A DNA stretch of 63,528 nucleotides, counting the filler. It is 16 parts of 16 records of this genome, joined end to end, with 100 filler letters (N's around TTAATTAATTAA, not from the genome) between each part and the next. Parts side by side here need not be neighbours in the genome. Positions count along the whole stretch, not along the records: positions 12,878 to 16,074 come from SRR9670534_612; positions 16,175 to 21,225 come from SRR9670534_613; positions 21,326 to 24,168 come from SRR9670534_619; positions 24,269 to 27,340 come from SRR9670534_624; 12 more parts are not named here. One strand, given 5' to 3'. The position numbers and the translations under genes are program-made. The notes beneath the pieces were generated by a model, which saw nothing but the letters and a program-made list of their open reading frames with translations, had not been told where the DNA came from and ran no database searches. Shown here one piece after another: positions 13,209 through 26,845 of the stretch. Every line of letters starts with the position of its first letter. Within the stretch, counting starts at the first letter, position 1.

Positions 13209-16043
13209 ATGGCTAACAGAAATACAATTGTACTGGAGGACCTGTCTTTTTCCAAAGATGAATTGTCACAAATGGGGTTAAGTGAGAAAGAAATAACTTT
13301 TTTGAAGGAAATCAAGGCCAGAGTAAGAAATTATGAATTTCTTTAATAATTGATAAACTTTTGAAAAATGTATGTAAATAATTTTAGGCAAGCATGATAA
13401 AAGAAGAACCTATGGAACATGAAAGTGAAGATCAGGAGGTACAATAAATAAAGATGATAATAGTTTGTATTAAATCTATAATATCTGTAGGATAAAGTAA
13501 GGGAAACATTAAATGAGATGATGGAAGCAATGGAAGTACAGGGTATATTGAATGTAGACGTGTTGGAGGATGAGTGTGTGATGGAGGAGGTTTTTGAAAG
13601 AAAGTTTATTCTTTGTGAAAATTGTGATATTCAGAAGGTACATTTTAATAGATGTCACTATGTAGTACATATTAAAACTATTTTTTATAAAATGGATGTA
13701 TGCTTTTTTGAATATCTCAGGAATGGAAAATGCTATTTGAACAGTTTTAATCTCATTTGAAAGAGTATGAATTTGTCTTTTTAACAAAGAGAACGAAATT
13801 AAATTTGCTTAAGGCATGTCCAAGTTATAATGATGTAAATTTAGGCATAAAAATGTTAATTTTTTTAAAAAAGTACATATATGTTATTATGCATAATTTA
13901 GGAACACAAACCGCTATTTCCACAGATTTAATCTCGTTTAAAAGAGCGGAAAATTTTCTTTTAAATAGAGAAAACGTTGTTAAATTTGCTTAAGGCATTC
14001 CCGAGATATAATGATGTAAATTTAGGCATAAAAATTTTAATTTTTTTAAAAGAAGTAGATATATGTTATTATGCATAACATAGGAATGCGAAATGATATT
14101 TTAATGATTTTAATCCCGTTTAAAAGAGCAGAAATTTATCTCGTCAGCAAAGAAAACGGTATTATATTTGCTTAAGGCATTCCCGAGATATTGTTTTTTA
14201 AATATATGTATAAATATAACTTATATAGATGATTTTAATTAAAATTTGTACTGAATGTATAATTTTAAAAAATGTATATATAATGAATATGTATTTAGAT
14301 TGACAGTTCTTCAGCAAATGCTTTAGCAGTTACTAAGTTGATAATTCCATCAACTTCAAAACCTTTTGAAACACCTTGCAAGCAAAAATTGCCTTCCAGG
14401 GAGGAATCAAAATCTTCCCCTAGTGGTGTAATATTAAGTCCTAAAACACCTTGCAACAAAATATTGCCTTTATGGGAAGGACCCAAATCTTCCTCTTCTG
14501 GTGTTACCCCCTGTAAAAGGACTTTGACATTTGAGGTATGCTTTACATATGTTTTTATTAATAATAATACATATATGTATCAAAAATTTATTATTAGGGC
14601 CCCAGTGAAACCACCCTAGTGAAAACACCAAGAAAAGGTGGTGAATTTGATGAGAAAGCAAAGATGCCAAAAACTCCAAGGAAAGTAGATGGCTGGATGG
14701 GATCTGAGATTATGGAATTGGATAGGCCTGTAAAAATAACTTTAATACTTTACCTTGTTTATTAATAATAATAATTAATGTTTCAAATATAGGGTGACAT
14801 TGAGCTTTTATTTGAAGACTTGGACTTTGAAGATGACCTTCCAAATAAAAGCATTGGTGACATTGATTTCAGTTCAGAGGTAAAGTTATATATATTAAAT
14901 TAAATGAGTAAGAATTTAATTTAATAAATTTTTTAATTTAATAGGTACCACCCCCTGAACTTGGAATTGATGAGAATATCTGGGTATTTTATATTATTAA
15001 TAATAAAGACTATCATATTATAATATACTACACAATAATATAATTATTATATAGTATAGTACAATTATAGTACTATATACAATTATAATATTATTATATA
15101 TTATGGTAAATTATTGTATATTATTGTATATCATTATATATTGTATATTATTCTAATATATGGTGTATTATTATTGTATATTATTATATATCATTATAAA
15201 TTATTATTATATATTTCCTTATGGAGGTTTCTATGTATTTTTGACTTTGTTGTTTTCCATAGATTTTTTATATGGAAATTTCTATATATATTATTGTATA
15301 TTATTATTATATATTATGATATATTATTATTGTATACTATTGTACTTTATTATATATTATTATTGTATATTATTAAATATTATTATTATATAATATGATA
15401 TATTATTATTGTATATTATTGCATACTATCATTATATTTTTATTCAATATTATTATTATCTACATTTTAATTTAGAATGCATACTTAGACTTAGATACCT
15501 TAAGAACAAACCAAAAATGTTGCCTATTCAACAAGGAGCTGAGTAAATTTTTGGAATATTTCTGTAAGGGGCATAAAATCAATGAGGTATGTGCTATTCT
15601 ATTATTAATTGATAAATTTTATAAAGATTATATTAAATATATTATTAAAATGCACAAATATAATTACTATGAAATGTAATTTGAATAAAAATGTATTAAA
15701 ATTTTTATTGGTTATTAATTTTTATAAAATTACTTTTAATATATGCATATTAATTTTTAGGTCATGATTGAATATGCTTTGTTACCATCCACAGCTCATT
15801 TATTGGGCCCCAGAACAAAAGTGAAGGAACCAAATGGGCAAAAACACCCATTAAATATTTTCCTGCTTATTTGCCAAGAGTCCTCAACAGGCAAGAGTGA
15901 GGTTTTGAAGAGGGTGGTTGATGAAATCTTTGAGTTGGTAGGACTTTCAGAAACAGTGATAAGTAGTTTCACCACATCTGGCTTGCAAGATGCACTTTGC
16001 AGTACACCTCATCAGGTTCTGGCCAAAGCAGATGAGTTTGAAT
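13209..16043 (+). CDS. Spliced gene: acidic, S/T-P-rich N-terminus plus DUF3987/YfjI-like P-loop NTPase, 3'-partial. Exons 13209-13322, 13388-13438, 13491-13637, 14299-14535, 14598-14729, 14793-14879, 14945-14983, 15476-15586, 15761-16043
   Basis: Eight GT-AG introns give one open frame. The last exon has PLNIFLLICQESSTGKSEVLK (Walker A variant), SFTTSGLQDAL and VLAKADEF (Walker B), the motif order I recognise from DUF3987. Confidence 0.75.
13745..14190. repeat. Intronic tandem repeat, period about 181 bp, about 2.5 copies
   Basis: (a)atttgcttaaggcat recurs at about 13801, 13982 and 14164 with conserved flanks. Confidence 0.9.
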
Positions 16044-17855
16044 GTATAATTATTAAATTATATTGTTAATATAANNNNNNNNNNNNNNNNNNNNNNNNNN
16101 NNNNNNNNNNNNNNNNNNTTAATTAATTAANNNNNNNNNNNNNNNNNNNNNNNNNNNNNNNNNNNNNNNNNNNNAATTAAGCATGCTTATTAGCAATGGT
16201 ATTGTAATAATTCCTGGCTTATTAACTGCCATCTCATATTCGCAAAGATTAGTTTACATTAGCTATGTCAAATCTTCATTTTCATTTTAATTGCAATTTT
16301 CCGTTCAAATTATCATTATTGTTAATAATAATAAGATGATAAGATGAGGCATCAGAAACAAGCTAGCATAAATTACTTTATTAGTATAATGCATTAATCT
16401 TCATCAATAAGAGTAATACATTATATACAATTATGAATATTATTATCAACAATTATGAATATTATTATGAATTAATTATTAATAATAATACATAATAACT
16501 CTTACAAATGATATGTAACTTATTTTTCAAATTATTTCCATTATGTTGTAGAAATATTAGTAACTCTGGTTAGTTATCTCATTATAACATTTATTTCAGT
16601 TTTATTATTAATTAATAACTGTTATTAACTGTGACAGAGTTAGTTTAATTAAAAATTCGTTATTATAATAACAAGCCAAATTCTAGCAATCAACTGATCA
16701 TTTTCAAATTTCAAATTTAGTAAGTTATTCAAATTTAATAAGTTATTATTATAATAATAATAATGTATTGGTTTGCACCTTAAATTTATTAAAATATTTA
16801 CTTGCATAATAGGCATAATTATGCAATGCGAGCATGTGACAACACGGAGCAACAAGTTTAGTAGTGGAATCCTTATCTTGGGTATTATTATGAAAGAAGG
16901 GCTTAAGGGGTTGGATAGGGTAGTGAAGTAATTGGGCATGAAATTATTGGGTATGTACAACCCAGCCTCTCTAAGCTACAGGCTATGAAGATGTTATCAT
17001 TTTGAACTATATCATGAATTAATCTAGCGCTGGCCTGATGTTTCTTCTCTCATAATCCTTACAAATTGGCAGCTTCTTTTAGAGATTTTAGCACTAGTTA
17101 ACCCCCTTTTCACTTAATTTGGATAGGTAGAAAATTGTTATCATAGATTATCATCCATCGGATGATCCACATTGTACATGTGCTTATTATTAATGATATA
17201 ATTGTATAGTAGGAGCACACATGTTCACTTCAGCTTCAAATGGATCTGGTGCTGCACCATTTTACTAATAGGTATCTATATTTGCCCTGGCAATAAATAT
17301 ACACAAGGGCACGTGGCTACTTACTAATTTTTAATAAGTTTTGCCTTGATGATAATAATTATAATTCATTTAAATGAAATCGATAGGAATTATTGAACAG
17401 AAGGTGTTAGATTACCCATTATTGTTAGATGGGAACTGGGCGGATCTAACACATGTCCCACACTCACTCATTCTGCCATAATCTTTGCTTTGCCACTATA
17501 TAGTCAGTATATGGCACTTTTGCCTTTACTAGCACTTTGTTTTGCCATTTGAGCCGTGCTGCTGCAGCCTTCCATAATAAGATTCCACTACAACCAAGGT
17601 AGGTACGTTAGCTGGCTGAGCTCAGAAACCAAATCGTAGGTTGGTTTCTATTACTACCCAACCGTCTACTTTTTCCTCTGCTTGCGTTTACTAAGCCTGT
17701 CATTTTTCGTTAAATGATACTAGCCTAATATCATCTAGTTTCGTTTGCATTGATATATAAATCTCTTGTTCTCTGGTGCTGAATATCGCTTGCTCGCGTT
17801 TATTATATGTATTAGTATACTTTACAAAGATTTTGTATTGTATTTCTTGCTTGCC

Positions 17856-20800
17856 ATGGATTCAAATCATTTTACACCCTTTATTACCACAGCGGCTGCC
17901 ATTGAAATCAGGTAACGGAACTTTTTTTTATGACCAATAATGATTATTTAAATATCAGAAAAACGGGTGTCTTTTTATTGGTTGCATAAAAAATGTGCCC
18001 ATCTTCTATTATTATGTCAGGCATGTGGGGTGGGCCTTTGATTAATTGTGGGATAATAAACTTAGGACCTACATTATAGCATTATATAAGGTTCTTTGAG
18101 GTAAAAAAGATTTAAAGATTTGCAAATGATGTCTGCTGTCAAAATGGCACAAAGACATCCCTAAGGGTATTTTAGGAAATTTTTTCCCAATAATCCCTTT
18201 TTGTCACGACAACAGTTTTGATTCAGGCGTGCGTTTTTTACCTCTTTTTTGTTGTTTCGTCTGCGTGATCCCTTGATCATTAATAATAATTAATAATGAT
18301 GAAAAATTGAGCATTTTTTTGTTGCAAGGCTGAGCAGTAGTTAGCACCAGCCATGATTGGCCTATAATTAGCAGTGGCTTGCGGTTTGTATTTTAAATAT
18401 GGCCTGCCTTGCATGTGCTTATTATGAGCTTCGCTTTTCCTAACACATCCAATTCATTCATTCTCTTTTTGACATGGCGCTGGCCATGACTTGCTAAATT
18501 TTTAAATTCCAGCCCGAATAGTCACAAAAAGTTCATTCATTTATTCACATTATTATTATTATTAAATATTGTTAGCCTACGCTCATTTTCTTCATCCATT
18601 CATTCATGTATATTTGTTGTAACAATTTTTACGTAGTTACTGTACTTACGTAGTGTTCAGAAATATGTTATAACTATAGTTATATATGACTTTTTAACAA
18701 GTATGTCTCTTATCTACACCTACTTTACAATTATTAACGGCTGATACTTTCTTCCGAAAGCTTTTCAATTATTAAAATCACCATGGTATTTATTTAAAAC
18801 TTTGTTATTAATTTTCATAATTCATATTCATAAATTTATGTTATCATTATTACTAATTGTTGCTTATTATTAATTAATTAATAAGGAAAATAAAATCACT
18901 ATTATGTTTAGCCTGGTGGGCAAGAATCATTCCAGAAAGAAAGTGAATCGTTTTCTGACCCAGGTAACAATAATAGAAATTCACCTGAAGAGCCTGAATT
19001 GTAAGTTTCTCACGCATTTCAAATTAAGTGAATTGAGGCATTACTTAACGTTTTCTCTTATTAATAACATTATATTAGCATTACCATTATACGTATATGA
19101 AGAGAAAAGCCAACAATGTTACTTGTCACTTTGCATTAAGCTTGATCTACTCTATGATGGTTTTTAGATTGGAAATTCAACAAGGTATTCAAAATAGTCA
19201 TATTAGTGATAGTGATAATAACAATACTACTGCTACTGCTGCGACTATACCAGCCTTTGTTCCAACAAGTGAACCAGGTAACTTAATATAATAATAGGGT
19301 TATTTTCGTTGATCAAACAAAGTTGATCATTCATTGTTTGTTTATGCCTAATGCATTATAATGACAATTATTTGTTTATTATTATGAATAATATTTTTAG
19401 TACATACACTTTTAGCTCAATTTGTTATTACATCATTGTCAGCATCTACACCCCAGCATTCCATTCAGATTTATCCAAATTTGCCCGAGGAACACTCACC
19501 TTACTATCTCCCGCCAGACAAATTACTCATCGGTAACACTAGCGCCATCTGTTTAGTTGCCACTTTATTTATAAACATGCTTTCGTACATAATAGACGTA
19601 AAAAGTGAAGCTGATTTTTTGTCCGCATCGACGCCAATCACTAGCCATTCCGCTAACAGCTTGAGTACAAGTAGTCAAGGTATGTATGCATGTACCAAAT
19701 ATCCCTCTTTGTACGTATGATGAATTACCAAATTAACTACGGAGCTAATGTAAACATACTCACGTATGTCCCTGATGCTGTTTTCTCATGACATGAGTTG
19801 GCCAGCTAGTCAACCAGCAATTGTTGCTTGGCTGCTTGGCTGCTTCTTTTGTTGACTGACCTAACGGTACTTGCTTTACTTTGTCAACATCGAACATTGC
19901 AGATTTGCAAAAGGGAATGAACAGCAAACAGTAGCACAGTTGCTAGACAGAGCTCCACCTCGCTTTTTGACATATTATTATTTTATTAACCTTTTCGTCA
20001 ACATGGTGTTGTATATTTTTATTGTGTTCTTATTAATAATAATCTATCAGCATATATGACCAGCACGTATTTTGATTTCTTTTACCTTTTATTGTGGTAT
20101 TTTGACTCATCGGATAAGTTTGATACTAAATTTCATATTGTTTTTCAGTCAATAAAGATTGTTCATCGCCTGAATATCATCAACTCATCAAAGAAGAGTC
20201 TCCGTTGACAGCTTACGCGTAAGTTTTAATGACTAAAAGCGTGTTAACACGCCAAATACATCTCATTCATAATATCACACTATTTCAATGTCTGTCATGT
20301 TGACGCGACAACATAAATATGTATGTACTACTTTCATTTAAAAATGCTACTTTATAAGGTTTTTACTGTAACAGAGTCACGTATGGTATGTATAATAGGT
20401 ACCGTTACAGTAACTGTACTACAGTTCGTGCGTGTAGTCACACGGTGTTCCTATCATTAGTGGTCGTTTATACAATTATTCTTATCGTAATACGATAATC
20501 GTATTATTAATAATTATTGTAAATCGCCGTAGAACTTGAAATAATGCATACCTATGTAAATGTGTAACTTCTTGAAAGACTTTTATTAATACTAATTAGA
20601 ACTGCTTATTTTAAATTGATTGAAACTTGCATTCGAAAGATACTTTTAACTTCCAAAACTACTTTAGTACTAAGTGTTGTAAGGAGTTTATGTTTTTTAA
20701 AATTGGTCTATTTTGAAATCAATAATAAGACTATAAAAATTTGCAGAGATCCAAGATGATAAATTCAGTCATTTTTTCAAAATTGTTTATGAATAATAAT

Positions 20801-21083
20801 TATATGTATTAAAAAGTAATGACTACTTACTGTCTGTCGCCTCATCATTCCTTTTTTAGAAGTCATTGTCAATTATCCTGTGAAGTTGAAAATACAAATA
20901 CCTTTAGTAACTCAGACATGCAAGTGTATTTACCTAGTCCAGCACAAATGAACAGTTCCTATCCACATGAAAATACAGTCCGTGAGTTTTACTCATCGCA
21001 TGGATATAACCATAATTTACAACCTTCTCAATACCATCACCAAAATGTTCCAAGTGTTCCCTATCCTACACCATCCCTCGATT
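17856..21083 (+). CDS. Low-complexity S/T/P/H/Q-rich N-terminus of an unidentified protein (possibly a transcription factor), 3'-partial. Exons 17856-17911, 19168-19277, 19416-19532, 19596-19679, 20149-20218, 20860-21083
   Basis: Six exons join in frame with canonical sites (phases 2,1,1,1,2); GCCATGG start context; likely non-coding first exon ending near 17598 after a TATA-like element near 17496. No folded domain seen. Confidence 0.7.
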
Positions 21084-21803
21084 GTAAGTTGTTAGATATA
21101 ACGTCTTTATTCCATAAACATGACTTTTCAAAATTTCGATATGACTTTTAAATAGTTAAGGATTACGTATAAAATTTGACTGAAGTTGAAAAGGATACTG
21201 TATAAGTGGTATTTTTCGCGGTGATNNNNNNNNNNNNNNNNNNNNNNNNNNNNNNNNNNNNNNNNNNNNTTAATTAATTAANNNNNNNNNNNNNNNNNNN
21301 NNNNNNNNNNNNNNNNNNNNNNNNNATTATAATTATTATTATTAATATATTAATTAACCAGGGAATTAGCAAAACATATTCAATTTTTTGCAAATCATTT
21401 GCAAATATGAAATTTAATAAATATTTACACTAAGCATTTTAAAAATATTGAAATATTGAAATATTGTGATATGTCAATGCAATTCATAAATTTTTGTGTC
21501 AAATTCAATTTAATATATAGTATATTCTATATACTTAGTTTATAATTAAAGTATAATATTATATAATTAAGATCAATATAAAATAAATAAGATACATATA
21601 ACAACTTGTAAATTATTTAAAATTTAAAATTACTAGATAAAAATTAAATTTCAAATTTAAAATAATTAGTAATTTTTACTAATTAATAAGTACACTTTTA
21701 AACTAATAAATATTGTTAAATTATATTTTTAATTGAATTAAAATTCAGTTCGATTGAAGTTCAATTTTAATAATAACAGAGCAAAATTATTAAAAACTTG
21801 TAC

Positions 21804-22583
21804 CTTCGTAATCAACCGTGCCTGACTGATCTGCGTCAACTTCATTGATAATATCATCCAATTCCTGGTCAGTCATATTTTCGTCCACTTGGCTAAGAAT
21901 ATATCTCAAATCCTTGACATCAATAACACCCCTACCATCCTTGTCAAATATTCTGAAAGCTTCTCTGACTTCATGCTCATCCTCAGCTTCCTTCTGCTTC
22001 TTTGCCATCAATGCAAGAAACTCCTCAAAATCAACCGAACCAGAGCCTAATTAAAAACACGTTGAACTTTTCTTTCAGACGCCCACGAAATTATTAGCCA
22101 GGTCACGTGATACTCACCATCGGCATCAACGGCTTCAACACATTCCTGCAATTGATCTGGTTTTAAATTGTGCCCTAGAAGTCTCATAACAGTTCCCAAA
22201 TCAGAAGTTGGAACTTCACCCTTTTTCTCAGTATCGAACTTGTTGAAAGCCATTCTAAACTCTAAAAAACTTCCATTTGAAGACAAATACCAAATACCAA
22301 ATCAAAAAAACAGTTCCAGACCTGAAATTTGTTCCTCACTCAAGTGGAATTCTTCTTCGTTTGCAAAATCGTCACCCTAAATTGAGAAATCCTAATTTTG
22401 AAAAAAGTATTAAATTTACTTTTATACCATTTTAAGACAAATTTTTCGTTTCTGAAATAAGGCAAGAAAAGGGCAGTTGTACCAGGAGTAAAAACAGATA
22501 TATGTTCACTTTGCTTTGAGACGACACTCACACTCAGGCAGTACACAAAACAAATGTTCAAAATAGGCAATGAAAAGTACCAT
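21804..22583 (-). CDS. Troponin C-like EF-hand protein, last exon missing. Exons 22583-22581, 22376-22322, 22261-22118, 22046-21804
   Basis: ATG-only first exon typical of the CaM/TnC family. EF2 DADGSGSVDFEE and EF4 DADQSGTVDYE(E) are canonical; EF1 DTEKKGEVPTSD and EF3 DKDGRGVIDVKD are degenerate, the invertebrate TnC pattern. Confidence 0.8.
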
Positions 22584-23555
22584 TTTTGAGCATTCTCTTA
22601 CATATCCATTTATAGAAGGATATTTTTAAACACATTCAATGTTGTTCATCTCCATTCTATTTTTGGCATCAGCACCATTTGGTATGGAAAATGGTAGCGT
22701 CACCTTTTGTACATATGACTGACATCATTGTATCGCAATATTTATTGTTTATTTTTAAAACATTTATAAATAAAATTTGATTATTAACCTCATTTGATGT
22801 CAATATTTTGAAATTTTTATAAAAAATTAAACAATAATAAAATAAAATAGCATTATCATAGCATATTAAATATTGAAATATATTTAATAATATATATACA
22901 TAATACACAAAATATATGATTGACTGCGTATATTATAATAATAATTTATTTAATATTAATATTATAATTATAATATTATATTCTATTATAATATACTTAT
23001 TAAAGGGTAATAAAATATTTCAAATGGAAATTATTATTTTTATAAAAATTGCATTACATAATAACATTTTTAATAAATTTATATTAGTTAAGTGCCGATT
23101 TTCATATATTATTATATTATTAAATACATTATATTATTAATAATAAATTGATTGGAAGTAAGTTTTAATTAAGCAGGTTTATTACTAAAATAAAAGATGT
23201 CGCACATATTAACAGACGGAGAGGATAATAGTGACAACTTTTAACAAATCATATAAGTATTACAATATTTACAATATTTTGTCAAGAAATAGATACCATA
23301 ATAATGCCTGGTACAGATATTCCAGATATTGTGTTACATTACCACATGGACTAACCAAGGCATTTCATCTTACCTTTTTATATCTGCCAATCAAAGATGC
23401 ATATTTTGGCATGTCTTGCAGCTGAATTTGCTATAAATATTTTTTGACGATGATTTTAAAGCAGGCGACGTCGCAGTGCGACATAAGAAACACTGTTCAT
23501 GTAAAAATACAACTTATAGCTAGCCTAGGAAGTAGATACTGATTTTCCATACAAA

Positions 23556-23891
23556 ATGACATTTGAAGAACAAGCTGCGGGGCTCAATGATGAGCAAATT
23601 GCAGGTGAAGCTATTCTTCATGTAAAAATTCAAAGTCTATTTTCTTGAAAATCAATTTGTTTTAGAATTCAAAGAAGCATTTTCCTTATTTGATAAAGAT
23701 GGTAATGGCAGTATAACAACTAATGAATTGGGTATAGTAATGAGAAGTCTAGGGCAAAATCCCTCAGAAGCTGAACTTCAGGATATGATCAATGAAGTTG
23801 ATGCTGATGGGAATGGTACTATAGATTTTGAAGAATTTTTGATTATGATGGCACGAAAGTTAAAAGATACCGACAGTGAAGAAGAATTACG
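23556..23891 (+). CDS. Calmodulin-like paralogue, 3'-partial, absent from the ORF track. Exons 23556-23604, 23666-23891
   Basis: [92 protein letters not shown]. Confidence 0.95.
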
Positions 23892-24629
23892 GTTATTACC
23901 ATATTAATAATTGTTATTATTACGTAACAACAGCTTACGATTAATATTATTTTTAATTGTTATGTTTTAAAAATTCAGCTATTTTTAATTTTCATAAATT
24001 CAATTTTAATTATTAATAAATATTATAATTATTACAAATATTAATAATAATAAATATGATTTTCGTGTTACTATTAATATTATTGATATAATGTTATTGT
24101 TACTATTTACTATTATTAATAATAATAATTGTATATAATAATAAGCTATTTATAATAATAATTGTAATNNNNNNNNNNNNNNNNNNNNNNNNNNNNNNNN
24201 NNNNNNNNNNNNTTAATTAATTAANNNNNNNNNNNNNNNNNNNNNNNNNNNNNNNNNNNNNNNNNNNNTGTTTTAACTAAGTACTAGTAATATTTTCTAA
24301 TCAAGTATTACTAATATTGACAACTTGTAGAAATGCTGGAAAAAACTCAACAAATTGAGTACTTAAGTAACTTAATTTCTAAAGCAGCTCTTTTTCTTAA
24401 AATCTCAACAACAGCAGATATGCTAATGCTTTATATATAAAAAAGAATATCTATATCAAAAGAAAGAATGTTCTACTTAGATTACATTTCTGTAGCAATT
24501 ATCAATTTTGTAAATTGAATGTAGTGTTGATGCTCAGCTAAGTGATTTTTGCTTAATTATACAATATTTCCATTTTAGAATTAAGAGAATTAACATTAAT
24601 AATGGCCATTGAAGATAATTACTCTTAAT

Positions 24630-25330
24630 TTTATGATATCTTTGATTTAAAAGGTTATTTATAAAGAATTCTATAATTATAAGAGTTAATTAAAAGAGTC
24701 AACAAAAAATTATTATATAATATAGCAGTTTTTAAAAGCAAGTTAATTATTACTAAAGTAAGAATAAAAATAATAATTATCTTAACAAAACAAAAGAACA
24801 TAAAGATAATATTTTGTATTATATATAAAAACATTTTTATTTAAATATAAGTTAACTGTTTATAATTATAAAATATTTACTAATTACGAATATAAACAGT
24901 TATTTAAGATCTTTGTTTACAGAGAAACTTTAGAACAAATAATAAATTGTATATTTAGCAGTTAGCTGGTGGCAAACTAGGCAAGAGCAAAAGATAGGTA
25001 AGTATTTGCAGCTTACTAGCTAAATTATTATTAATATAACAACATTATTTACATAGTAATTTGCAAGAAAAAAGTTTCTTGGCCTAATCTTTTATAAATA
25101 ATGTTTCTTCTTTTTTTGCTCTTGCTAAGCTAGCTTAGTATCTTTTAGCAATCAATGCTTCTTTTTCTGTTCTATGATCTCTGCAAGTCTATATTTTAAA
25201 AGATCTATCTCCTTTTTGTTTGTGGAATATCTACTATATTCAATTGAATACACAGCCACTCTTTGCTCTTATAAAAAGAAATTTGCATCATCCTTTTAGT
25301 TAAATTACCATCTTAAGAAATTAATGTAAA
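24630..25330 (+). mobile_element. Highly degenerate non-LTR retrotransposon RT relic (CR1/L2-like group)
   Basis: One frame from 24870 reads KIFTNY..ETLEQIINCIFSS*LVAN (compare LFADD..TLE..VN..WL.ANKL). KFLGLIF follows at 25072 and YSIEYTATLCS near 25236, at plausible spacing. Confidence 0.55.
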
Positions 25331-26338
25331 CAATAGCTAAAAAGTTAAAACATTAGTATTTAAATCTTTATATAACAATAAGGTAAATAATTTCAAATTA
25401 TAGTCATTAATAAATTAAAATCATGAAAAAGTCTTAAATATTTAATCTCAATTAGTTAAACTAAAGTTTAGGTAGATAAAAGTTTGTTAACATTTTATTA
25501 ATTACTTTTATTCTTTTTGTTTTTATATACTTCAATAATTGTAGTCTAATTTAAGCAAAAATCTATACTATGTAAGTTTACACGAACCATATTCTATCTA
25601 GAATTATTAATAAGCTACTAAATTTTAAGCAGATAATATTTTGTAAATTATTTTCTGAATTTTATTTCATCAATCTTTCTTTTAATATTTTAAACTTTAG
25701 AATAGATCTAATTTACAAATAATTTTTGAAAATAATTTAAAAATAAGTTTTATACTAAAGTTTTAAACCTAGATACTTAAGTATTTATTCATTTTAATAA
25801 TTATTTAATTAATTTTATAATTTTTAAGTATTTCTTAACTATGTTTGAAAAATTAGCATTATAAATTCTTTTTATTACCAAAGAATCTTTAGTAGCTTAG
25901 TTAGGCTTTCTAATTTGGTTGTTAATTTTCTAAAAAGCTAACATTGACTTAAGCATGTTTTTAACTTTAAATAGTTTATAAAAAATTGTTTAGAATAATC
26001 ATATTATTTATAAAATAATAAAATATATAGCTATCTTATTAAAGTAATAATACTAATTGCAAATCATGTGTTTTTTATTTTAGTAAGTTTAGCTTACCAA
26101 ATTCTTTAAAAAATGATAAAAAATGTTCATATATTATAATAAACTTAATAACTTTTTTTCTTTCTTACTAATTTGTTTATATATTTTATTTCTTAAAAAT
26201 CTGAAAGTAACAAATCTATACAAATATAAATATACATAGTAAGCATACAATTAATAACTACTTTAGTAGATTACTACTTTACTAACATAATATTAATAAT
26301 ACTTACATATAATACTTTGCAAAAAAGAAGACTTTATA

Positions 26339-26845
26339 AATCTTAACTAATTATCTGCATTTTCAAGAAGTTGTTACTTCATAATTATAGCATAAAAGCT
26401 TTTGCTATAAACTATATATGAATAGTATATTTGCTTTCTTATGTGTAATTTGTAAGTTAACAAATTTAGTAACTATTATTTATTTATATTTCTTAGCAAA
26501 AATTTTTATCTATATTATTAAGTAAAATTATAATTATCTTCAACTAACTCAAGAACAATATATTAAGGGTTTTCAAAGGTCTTGCAATTTTATGGGTTTA
26601 AAAAACATTAAGTAAGATATTTTTACTGCATAAAAAAGTCTTTTTAAAAGTTATCTATAATTACTGTATTTAATAGCTTGTTATTTTACATATATGTATA
26701 TATGTATACTTATGTTATATATAGTTTGTAAAAAAGGATCTTTGATTTCTAAAAACTTACAAATTATAAAGCTAGCTTTCATTGTTAATAAGCAATGTTA
26801 CTTTAAAGTTAAAAAGTAAAATTATTTTCTTTTTCTATACTTTAA
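26339..26845 (+). mobile_element. Highly degenerate Ty3/Gypsy pol relic (RT to RNase H)
   Basis: NLN*LSAFSRS at 26339 (compare YLDDILVFSKS), LRVFKGLA at 26563 (compare LRSFLGLA), FDF*KLTNYKASFHC**AMLL* at 26741-26806 (compare FDPSKPT..TDAS..G.GAVLLQ). Spacings of about 77 and 65 codons fit Gypsy pol. Confidence 0.6.

Noticed and set aside
15114-15398. Ile/Tyr-rich ORFs (also 22669-23140, 28335-28599, 51858-52187)
   Set aside because: Translations of low-complexity intronic or intergenic AT repeats.
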